Source: a virus
Lineage: Duplodnaviria; Heunggongvirae; Uroviricota; Caudoviricetes
Length of the DNA stretch: 64,000 nucleotides
Strand: one strand, 5' to 3'
IMG/VR virus record: IMGVR_UViG_3300023174_000034
Below the pieces are notes generated by a model. That model had not been told where the DNA came from. It did not search any database and saw nothing but the letters and a program-made list of their open reading frames with translations. Shown here one piece after another: positions 1 to 12,000 of the stretch. How positions within the stretch are numbered: position 1 is the first letter of the stretch; every line of letters begins with the position of its first letter. The position numbers and the translations under genes are program-made.

Positions 1-2
1 CC

Positions 3-3000
3 AACAAACAACTCACTGCTTGGAATATATTGTAATTGTTCGACTGTGTCAACTGAGGTGTTGTAATAACCTGTCCCAGCGACCGGAACAGGTTCTTGTT
101 TTAATAAACGTGCAAAGTTTTTTGTGTATGTAATTTTCTTTGTTGCCAACACATTGTTCACAAATGTAACAAACACTTGAACAGCGCCTGTAGAGTTTTT
201 AATCATGCTCTGGCGTGGTAAATTGTTAATGCCATATGCGTCAGCATCGCTTAATTTCAAGTCTGGAACAACACTACCTGTTGAATTTTCACCACTCAAA
301 CTGTCAATTAGTTTGCTAATCAACTTGCTAGGAATTTCGCTATTGTTGCTGCCTTGCTGGATTAACTCATACTCGTTGTGACTAATAATATCGCCAAGAA
401 CTCGACTGTATTCCACACGGAATATGGTACGATCTGAATTCAATGAGTTCTTGACATTGTACAAGTTGAAAGCATTGTTGGCAATGGCCGCAAAATAAGG
501 AATGCCTTGTGCTTGAGGATTTGTTATCAAGCGCTCAAGCGTCACAACAGAATTGGTTCTGCGTGTTTTTGTTGTGTCAATACTTTGTTTGTTAATCACC
601 CAATAGTAGTACTTGGTTTTGATAAGACCGGATTGTATGTCAAAATATGTGTTCTCAACGTATGCGCTGTTATCAGAATACTTGGCTTGGCCGTCACCCA
701 CTTCAGCCGCATAATCACTTGGCAGATAATTGGATCCGACCCATTCACAGACCTGGATCATACTGTCCGGGAATAACTGTCCCCAACGGTTGCTACGATA
801 GTTGATAGGACCTTGCTCGTAGTTGATATAACGAGCCAGCGATAAATCCCACCATGTTTGTGTTTCTTGCATTTCGCCCCAGCTTGAATCCGTAGCAATA
901 GTTACAGTTGCCAATGATCCGCGATTGTACTGTGCAGGGTCATAACTTGATTTGTAATCCAAGTCCTGATCAGCAATACCTAGAATCTTACCTTTGGCAG
1001 GATCAAAGTAATCTAGATCTTTCAAATTAACTTGTTTCTTTTTATCATAGATCAAGCCCTTGTTGATGTAGTCAATGTCAATTTCTTCGCCGCGTTCACG
1101 CAAGCGTCCCCAGCCCTTGACATTACCGTCATTGATAAACAAGTGGGTCGCACCTGCTAGTGTGCTGTGATAACTGCTGTTTTCTGCACCAACTAATGCC
1201 CAGCCATTGTTGATATCAACTGAGCTACCAAAGTTATCTCCAGTTAGCACATAAGCATTTTGTAACACTTGGTTATACAATAACTTACCAGGGTTTGCTA
1301 ATGTTTCTCCCGGAGGATTCAAGTAATCGTACACATAAACAGCACCAGACGCATTCAAGCTGTCAATAAAGCGAGTGGTATCTTTATCAAATAATGTTGT
1401 TTCGTTATCAAACGTAGAAGTCTTAAGAGTGTTACCACCCTCGGATGCAATCAATACAGTCTTACCAGTATCATCAATTGCCACCTTGGTACCAAATCTT
1501 TCCGGAACACCATAACGTGGGTGTTGTAAAGTTTGGGTGAGTTCATAAATTTTTAGTCCTAGTCCGTCTAGTGCAGTACCTGTACCAGGCAAAATATCTA
1601 ATCGAGTCAATGCGTATTGATCACCAATTGTAATTTTAAGTAGCCCATCGACCACAGCCGTATCAACAGCAACCAATCCACCTTGTTCAAAATTACGAGC
1701 GATCTTGCTAAGGTTATCACCAGCACGTACAAAAGATAGTGCATCGCCTGCTGTGATTGTAACAGGTGCGCTGACTATAACGTTTGCCACCAGCGGCAAT
1801 GTAGTATCAGCCCATTCTACAAACTTAACTTGGAATGCTTCAGGAATGTCGGGTCCTACCAGCGTGTCTCCCACTACCAACCCAACGTTTGGTGTAAAAC
1901 TAACTTTGGTTGATACGCTACCATATACCGCAGAGACGTTGTTTATCAAGCCAGGTACAATCTCATTGAATGTGACTGTCCTATCGTTGACTTTAATAGT
2001 GTCGCCTAATGTTAGTGCAACGTCTAGGAAAGTTTTTTCAGTTGTAGCTGTACCATAAAATAGCCCTTTGTTTACATAGCGATATACAGTACCATTGTAA
2101 TAATCGTCATCGCGATAGCCTGGACTACCAATTGCAAAACTAGTGTTGTCTGGAGCAATATCTACACTATAACCAAATCGTCCTAGATTAACAATACTTG
2201 GACAAGGAATTACCTGTATGATATTAAAGAAGTTTGTGTCAATCTTGATTTTAGCACCGTTACGTGGTGCAACAGTAAACACTACCGAGCTTCCTTCGAT
2301 AATGTAATCTACGTTCTCGGCCAATAAAATACTGTCCAAGCTCACACTTAGAACAGAACGTACTGCTTCTAGGGTGAACACGCTTAATGTGCCAATGGAT
2401 AGAATAACTTCGTAACTGCGAGAGAACACATAAGCACGTCCAGCACTTGGTATGGTTTCTAAATCTGCATTCTCTTCATCCATGTCAGGCGCCCCTACTA
2501 ACAATCGGTAGCCACCTTTATCAATTTTTACACTCCACCCAAAATTGGCATCTGCATTGATTGCATCAGTTGGAACTATTGTTTCAACCAACTGATAAAA
2601 TACATCACGCTGATTGGCAACAATACTTGGCTCAGTTAAAAAGCTGTCATCCAAGAAAATTAAGTTACTACCAATAACAGTGTATTCCTTGTTGGGCACA
2701 AATACCCGGCCAGTGGCACCGTACACCAATAATTGATCTATTGTTTCAGGACGACTGGCCAATTGATATGTTCTCTGAGTTAAATTTCTAATAACAGTTG
2801 GTATGATATTTGTTTGCAAACGTTGACGTGTGATGTATATTTTGTCCTGGCTAGCAATACGTGCGTAGTCTGCCCAGTAGATACTACCAATGGAGTCAAC
2901 TGTGTAGTCAAAATTTGGTTCGTAAATTTTACCACTGCTACCAAGAACTTTTAATTCTTGAGCACTACGTAACCCAGTTAAATTTGTACTGTATGTCAGC

Positions 3001-6000
3001 TGATTAAGTACTGGCGTCAACGTCACACGTTGATACGCTTGTGTACGTTTACCGTAAGCATAGACTTTGTTGGCACCAGGTGCGCCCACATAGATCCATT
3101 GCTGGTCGTCACTGATTGCTACAGAATGACCAAATCGATCGCCGGGCTCGAGAGTTGGTGGAAATAGCATTTGGTAGCTGATCCATTGAGAACCCAAGGT
3201 CTGCGAAACCAACACACCACCTTGTTCTGCATAAGTCCCAGGTGCACCAATTGCTGCAAGCGTGGTGCCTAGGTCAATACTATAGCCAAATTCTCGTGCA
3301 TCGCTGTTGAATGGCTTGATTAACTGGGTTTCTTCAACACCAGTCAATGTCTGATTAGGACGTAGGAAAGTCTTGACTTGTCCGGTTGGCATAATCGCCT
3401 CAACAATGGCGCCGCTGCCTGACCCAGATAGGTCAACAACTTCGACTGTTGGCGGAACTAGATAACCTTGGCCGTAACTGAGGACCGTACCGGAAATAAA
3501 ATCGCCAATACCATCAACAGTGTGTCCAATATTACCAGTTGCGCCCGATCCTCCACCATAATAGATATTGGCAGTGGCAGTGGCAGTGGCATATCCAGAA
3601 CCAGTGGTGTACACTGATACGTTGCCAACAGCACCATTGGCATATACGTTTACGTTTCCAAGGAACCCGCTTCCACTGACGCTATTTTCAATAGTGATAA
3701 TTGATGTGTTGCCATAACTCTTGCCACGGTTCGTAACAGTGACACTTGACACTCCACCGTTACCATAGAAATTCAATGTTGCGGCAGCATCTATTCCGCG
3801 ATCGCGTGTGTCTGCTTGAATAACAAGAACTGGCTCGCGATAGTCCTGCCCTTTGTCTGAAATAATTAAATTTGCAACTGTGGTTGATTTTAATTTCACT
3901 CGCAAATCAACTGGTGTTGCGTTGTTGGTCAATAGTGTAATCTCAGGAGTTTCGTAATATCCGCTTCCAGCGTTTGTTACTGTGACTGATTGGATCACTC
4001 CGCCAGATATTGCGGCCACTGCTCGAGCTCCGGTGCCACCACCGCCCACAATGTCAATTTGCGGATTGATCGTGAATCCACTACCGCCATCCACAACTTG
4101 AATATAATCAATAGTTGTTGGAGTCAATCGAGCCCGTACTCCACCTGCAAGACCTCGAGAGAATGTGACTTGGGTGCCAGATCTAACACTGAGTGCTGTG
4201 GTTACCAACCAAGAAGTGGATGACCCGGACCCGAATAAAATTTCAACATTTACTACCAACGTTTGGTCTACAAAACTTACAACATAACCTTCCATGTATA
4301 CAGTGTTGTCGTTTGTTTTATAAATTCTGATACCTTGGTCTGGCACAATGCTAGTGCTATTGGCTGTTACTGATGTGACAAATGTTTTCTCGCCAAGGCC
4401 AGCAGTCATGCTAGTGGCAGATGAAAAAGTTGGCACAGGTGGGCCATCAATTTTAATTTTGAATTGTGCCTCAGTGATATCAACCACTTGTGATTCATCA
4501 GGAATACCACGACCAGAGATATAATCGCCAAGATACACACGGCCCATGTCACCAGCTGACAAAAATAAGTATTCGTCAGTTAATGTTTCTGCGGTAGTAA
4601 CTGTGGTGTATTGATCTACAACTGTCACATTCGGAGCAAAGGTATAACCATATCCGCTGGTAATCAAGTTGGCAAGCACAAGAGTTCCTGTGTCTTTTAG
4701 CGCAGTAAATTGTGCCAGTTGCCCAGTGGGGCCAGTGGGATATGAAATACGTACAGCCGGACTTTCGTAGTTTGCTCCAGGGTTGATAACACGTAACCCC
4801 AATAATGACCCAGTTGTAAATCGCGGTGTTCCGGCCAATATCAATTGGTTATCAACACTTAGTTTAACTTCAGCGCCGTATCCTTCTTGATAACGATCCT
4901 CGCCAAGACGCAGTGGTAGCACCTGATTAAATGCCCATCCGTCGGTTTTTTCAAACACACCCCAAACATCAGTTGCAGTATCGTTATCAATCCATACGCG
5001 GTCTTTATCTCTCCAGCCGTGTGGTGGAGTAAAATCAATGATGTTGCTCACGCTGGCAAAGCGCACACTCTTCATGCGTAAGTATACTCCGCTGCCTGTT
5101 GCTGTAGACACTTGCTGGAAGAAACTCAGGCCACGGTATCCAGTAACAGTAATACTCAAACCGTCTTCGACTGTTATCACGCGATAAAAACCATCGAATG
5201 AGTTATCGTTAAAGTTTTTAACCACAACAAATTCGCCCGGGCTGGTAACGTGCGGCTTATCAAACACAAACAATAATGTAGTTGGTGTTACTCTTGTGAT
5301 TGATACCAACAGAATGTCTGTTTCTGTGGCACGATATATGTTCCACATTTTATCAGTATCAACTGCTACCCATAACTTGTACCCTGAGCCAAGGTTGGCA
5401 ACTAATCCAAAATAATTTTGGTAATTGGCAATATCGTACATGGTGCCATCGATGTCATCAATGCGCGGATATCCAGCAGTGACATTGTCACTGATTCGAG
5501 GTCTGTAATCACTACGTGCCTTGACAATGTTTTTGCTGTAGATTTCTTCACTGGTACGATAGATTGTGCGTGGATTGAAATTGATGGCACCTGACACATC
5601 AGATTCGCCCAAGTTTGATAGAACAATAGTAGATGGGTCTTCTGTAAATTGTTGTTCGTCTAGGGTTACTTCAATAAATTGGTCACTGCCAGTTGCGCCA
5701 TATTCGCCAACACGTAATGCCCATTCTTCGTAGTACGAAACTTCACTAGACACGCGATCAAACTGTCCAGCAGTTAAACTAGTGATAGCATTTTTTGTGC
5801 CTTTTTGCTTGATGTAGCCTTGGTAGAATTTAAGTTGGCTTGTGCGATCAATTCCAAGATCCTGCAAATAATCACGGTTACGGAAACCAATCAGGCCATT
5901 ACTGTATTGGTCAAATATTTCATTACGATTCATTTGGTCTGGATCGTAAAACCCGCGGAAACTATTTGCGGCGTTGGAGAAATTGGTCAACAATCCGGTC

Positions 6001-9000
6001 TTGATCTGATCCTTGTCAATTGGGCGCCAATAGGTAAAATCAAACTGTGTGCTTTCTGGCACACGTTGCAGGGCCATGTAATATTTGTCTTTGTATGCTA
6101 CCAAACTGCCCAGGTTGTAACTGGCATTTTGCACCCAGTCTGCAACTGTTTCGTCATTGTAGATATAACCTGGGGCATTCAATTGTCCGTTCCAGTTTCC
6201 GGACTTGTATCCAATCAAACGCAAACGATATTGTCTATTGCCTAGCTCTGGTTGATAGATAACATCATTGAAAACTGTGGTATTATCAAAGATCAGTACA
6301 TGTTCGTAACTGACCAATGTTAAATCAGCCAGTGCAATCATTTTGTTATACAATGCCGTTGCAGTAAACACACCGTTGTCTCGAGTGACACTATACTCGC
6401 CGTGGCGTATCAATGAAAAGTTCTGATCTAATAATCGATTTCCATCAGACTTGTTAGAGATGTTATCAACCACGCCGTTTTCGGACACCACTGTAATTTT
6501 GCTACCAATCGGACTTAGAATGATTACACTGCCAGTTCTCCACCCCTGTTGCACCCATGTCAACAGTTCACGAATGCTTAGATCCCAGTCACGTGTGATG
6601 CCAAGGTCTGGATCAACATCAGAAAATACAAATCCAATTGAGCGCAGATATCTGCTGTAGCTAACGAAGAAGTCTGCGATTTGTTGTAGATTGGTAAACT
6701 CTGTGCCGTAAGGCACTGCTAGTTTTAATAATTTGTAATCTTTGTATACTGCGACACTTTGATTAACTTCTGTCAAGGTATAGGAATTGTTGTTTGGCTC
6801 ACTTGGTACTACTGTAAAGTATGGACGAGACGCATCGTAGCCGCCAACCTTGTAGCCTCGATCAGTTTTCTCAACAATAACTGCACTGTAGGTCAAACGT
6901 TTAATCGGTGTGCTCTTGTTCAAGTACACACGATAGTTTTCGTCTGGAACTACGATATTGCGACCGCTACCGCCTGGTGAACTTTGTTCGGCAATAACTT
7001 CTAACATTTTTTTATCAGTGAACCCAGCAACTCTATAGTTTAATCGTACATCAAGTTTTGTTAAGGAATCACTCAGCTTAGATGCACTATCAATACCTTT
7101 GTATTTCAAATAATCGCGCACCCAGTTTGCATACCCAGCTGTTAACACAGGGGTGGCCGTCCCTAGTCCAATATTTGGTACCAACAATGAGTTTGGTGTT
7201 AGTCGTTGTCGGGTACCCGAGTAAACAATTTGTCCAATTTCTGTATCGTACTTGTAACGACTGTTATCAAACAACGTACCGATATAAAATGCCGGGCGAG
7301 CTAGCATCATTGCAATTTGCACAGCATAAGGATAGTTACTGCTACGTCTCCAGGCTGTTTCAACAGGGCCGTGGTCACCAATAGCAAAACTCAAACTAGT
7401 ATCGTCAGCATTGAAATTTGCTACCAATAACTTTACAGGTTCAATTAGATTGCCGTTGTAGTCAACAGGAACAATCTTACTCAGTCCTGGACGTGCAAAA
7501 CGTGTATCGATACCAGCGCGAGCTCCTTGTAAGATTCGTCCTGCTTCTAAGTCTTCCCACAAAACTTTGTTGCCGCTTGTGTATGGTGCTGGACCATAAG
7601 CGCCTTCCCACCAACTTGGTTGTTGACTAAATCCTAGCATCTCCCACGGAGCATAATGAGGACGATCGGTATCGTAGTATTGTTTATAGATACCTCTCCA
7701 GTACCCAGGCAGCTCGTTACCTTGTAAATCAGTAAATCCTTTATAGTTCCACGACCATGGATCGTTTGGATTGAACCACTTGTTTTCACTATAGTCTAAC
7801 TTGTTAGTGCCGATCCAGCTCAAGAAACTACGTGTCAAAAGTTGATCAAATTCATTTCGTGTGTAGTCAGATGAACGATAATGCCCTGGTAGTGTATTAA
7901 AAATTTCCAACAAGGTATCGTCGTAATTTACTTTGATATTGTTATAGATGCGAAGCTCAAGTTCCATTAACAATTGGTCGCGGTAATCACCAAATGCCGG
8001 AGTCAAACTACCATCATGACCTTGTATTACCTGGGTTGGCACACGGTATGTGGTATCCAGTAACATTGTGGGAATAAACTTTGGATACAATCCAAGTTTG
8101 GTCGGAGTCTCAGGAACGTAACACTCAGTTGTGTTGGTACAATCCACAATGTCAAATTGTGTTGTGTATTTTAGCACCACGTGATCTGCAATTACAATGC
8201 TAGAAATATCTGTTGCAAATGTGTAGTCAATGCCAATTATCAGCTGACGGTATGTGCTATCTGTTGTGTCTTTCAAGTATACCAAGACACTGCGACGGCT
8301 GAGCACAGTGGGATCAAATGTATTTGGAATCAAATATGTGCGCTGACGTGTATTCAATACTGGCAATGTTGTTTTTGTCTTGAACTTAGAGCCCCACATC
8401 AACATGTCACTGTCATACCACGGAGCCATTGAGCTCTTGCCCAACATGATGCTAGACATAATGGTATCAACTGATCCAGGAATATCTTTTACGTTAACTT
8501 GAATCTTGCCGGCCTGGTCTAAGAAACGATTCTTAAACTTCACATATTCTCGCTGTGCATATTCTGTAGCCTGTACGATATCTAGATCTTTATCAATCAT
8601 AAACAAACTAGGCATGCTCATCGAACTAGCATGTTGCAAGATGCTGCCTTGCCAGGATTTTGTATTCAGGTCGCGTAAATTATTACTACCCAATGCTTGC
8701 CCAACAACACCATAATTGTTGTCTGTTTGTGCAACCAAGTGATTACGGATTTGTCCTAGTGTTAAAAAATTAAAACTGCTGTTTAGAGGATTGTAATCCA
8801 GATTGATTGGAGTATCGTATCGACCCAATACGCTTTGTTGTTTACTATAAACTTTAACGACCACAAGATCACCGGTTGTTAAATAATTAGAGTTGATAAC
8901 AACTGCGCGGCGGCCTCCATATTGATCAACAGTATATGCTGTTTCGGGCACACGTTTGCCTGCAACATAAACTTTTAGATACGGAATAGTCTTAGACTCA

Positions 9001-12000
9001 AGTGGCGTTACATCTATCTCGAAATAATTGGTAGTGCCATCAAATTCCGAAGTAATAGATTGATACTGTTTGCTGTCTTCGGTTATTTGAGTCCAAATAT
9101 TTTTTAATTTGAATCCTGCATCAGTTTTTTGTTTTAGAACAAAGTTACTGATTGCGACAGTGTCTTCATTGAACCCATTCAAATAATTAAAGGATTCGTT
9201 TTGGAAATAGTTAGAAAACTCAATGTCGCCAACGTTGTTGAAATTCTTGTACACCAACGGGAACTTCAGCACAGGATCTTGTGTTCCAGTACCCACGCGG
9301 TAACCAAAGATTTTTGTGCCAAAGAACTTGCTGCCAGGATATGCTGTGGCGTCGGCTGCGCTGTACCCATCGGTATTGAATGCATCAAACAACGGCTCTT
9401 GATTGATATTAGATTTTTGTTGTGCAGGCAACCACTCGGTACCGTTAAAATAGTATTGGTTGTATGCAACAATATTTGTTGCTGTTTGTGTTTTGTTAGC
9501 CGGGGTGTTTACTAGTACAGTATCCCCTGCTTCGTACGTTTCCGGGGTTGTGTCGTTTACATCAATTGCAGAATTCTCAAGATTGATCAACGATAATGCC
9601 TCTGCGGCCAATGTAAATATTACTTCAACATCAACAAATGCAGATTGATCAATGTCTACAATAACTCGAGCTTCAAATGTATTTGACGCTGTTTGTTCGT
9701 ATACAAATCCTACTACCACAGGAATGTCTGCACCAGTTGTGATACCAATACCGTTTGAATCAAACGAACTTGTAATCTTGGATCCAACTACGATATCAGT
9801 GAAACTAGAAACAGCCAGTACACGATTACCTGGATAAAATACATCTAATGTTCTATCATTGATATCTTTATAATTTACAAGGCCAGGTGTGCCAAGGCAA
9901 GTTGCTAACAAAGTAACAGATGGATACCGTGGCTGTATGGTAGCTACAGGTGCGCTTGCATAACCTGCACCTTCATCGCTGATGGCAATATAGTCAATTT
10001 CTGCTTGCTCTAACTCAACACTCATTACTGCATTATTAGACAGTTTAACTGGTGTTGCCGACGGCAAAGTAACAGCACGGCTCAATGTAATTCTGTTGAT
10101 ATAAGAATCAACCGCAGTGACTCTAATGTCAGCCAATAGGGTATCGGCTAAAGTTTGAAACACCATGCCAGGTTGTATACCCAGCACAGAATTTAATGTT
10201 ACCACAGTTCCTTCGAGAACTTCATTCACAAGAAGGAATCCAGTTTTTGTATTTCCAGCAACCCGTGCACCACTACCACGGCCGTCGGTGGTAAAGAATC
10301 TGTTTTGTGCAGTTACAAATATGCGAGAACCAGCTGGCAAATCAATCTGCTCGCCGTCACTATCCAAGCTGTCAATGACATTGCTTAGGATCAATCGGTC
10401 GCTGTCAATACTATCTACTGTTAAAATTTGAGCATTGGTTTTGGACACGTCCATGAAAAAACGATAGTCTGCATCATACGGACCTGTTGTGTCTGTTGTG
10501 GCGTACGGAGTTTGTCCAAAATCTGTGTAGATTTCGTCTCCGTTTACTGCGGTAATCAAAAATACCAACCAACCGGGTTGTACCGGAATTAGATCATCGC
10601 TGTTGGCAAAATACAATATATCAGTACCATGTGTTACTGTTTGTGATGTTGTTAATTCTAATCCACTCACAACATCAACTGTGATGCCCGAACTAATAGC
10701 GTAGCCATTGCCGTTTGTGGTTACGTTGATGTAGCTAATAATGTCATCGTTGGTAATTGCCGTTGCAGTAGCAGGATTACCAGATCCGTTGTACCAAACA
10801 GCCACGTTTGGTGCAGTGGTGTATCCAGATCCTGGGTTAGTAACAGTAATGTTGTAAATGCTGTTGTTATCGCTACGTGCAAATGCTTGTGCTGTTACGC
10901 CGCCAAACACTAACTTAGTACCAGGTTTGACTCGAACTGTGCGGGTAGTTTCAAATTGGGTAGAACTGATAACTCGATTAACTGTGGTCAGTCCATAGTC
11001 TATCGTATAGGCTGTGAGCGTTCCGCCGGAAATGTAATCACCGTAATTACGAGAGTCTTGTTCGTTGCCTGTTGTCAGACCTGCATCGGAATACAACTCA
11101 ATGGCTGTTTCGCTGACTCGATAAACATAGAAACGTGCATAGTTTAGATCAGTTGTACCTAACACATCGCGAACATATACCAAGTCACCGTTTTGTAAAT
11201 TATGTTCGGTGGCAGTAATAATACGTGTTGGCACCGCGGTAATAACAATATTGCTAATTTCAATTGGTTGTAAACCACCACACACTGCCATGCCAACGTC
11301 CAGCATACCAGTATCATCAACGGTGATCACTGTGTGATCAATCACTGTTGTCTGTACAGTGGCGTAGGTGCCGGCATCAACGTTGGACTTAAATGTCCAT
11401 ATGTCCCCGGCTTCGACTGCAGAAATACCAAAAACTGGTGTCTCCAAGCTTCTGTTGGCAATAACTGCTGGAGCATTGATGGTAACCAAGTTTGCACCGT
11501 TGTCAACTGCTGTGATAATAGAGCCGCCAATGATACCATTGGCAATAATTTGCATGCCTGGTACCAAGTAATCCCACAATGTGGTAGAAGTGCTTGCAAC
11601 TGTTCCGATGTTTCCAGTACTGGCAGCATAGGTATTGCCGGTGGTAGAAATTGTAAGAGTTGGGTTGGTCAGGTAACCTGACCCAGGATTCAACAAACTA
11701 ATTGATTTGATTGCTCCATTGGCATGCAAGTAAACATAGTTCACTGTTGCTGTTACACCAGCTGGGGTAGTAGGAGCAGAGATTGTAGCTGTTACGTTTG
11801 ACTGGAAATATCCCAGGCCAACGTTACTAAATGTAATGTTCAAGTTACCGCTGGTGGTAGCCAACGCTTTTGTTACCACAGGGTTAGGAATATTGCCGGC
11901 TGCAATTTCAAATGTTAATCCGGTGGTACTTATTTGGGCATTGGTAACTGTTGCCCAATATTCGTTAGGATTAGAAAGCACCACGTTTGCGGCGTATGAA

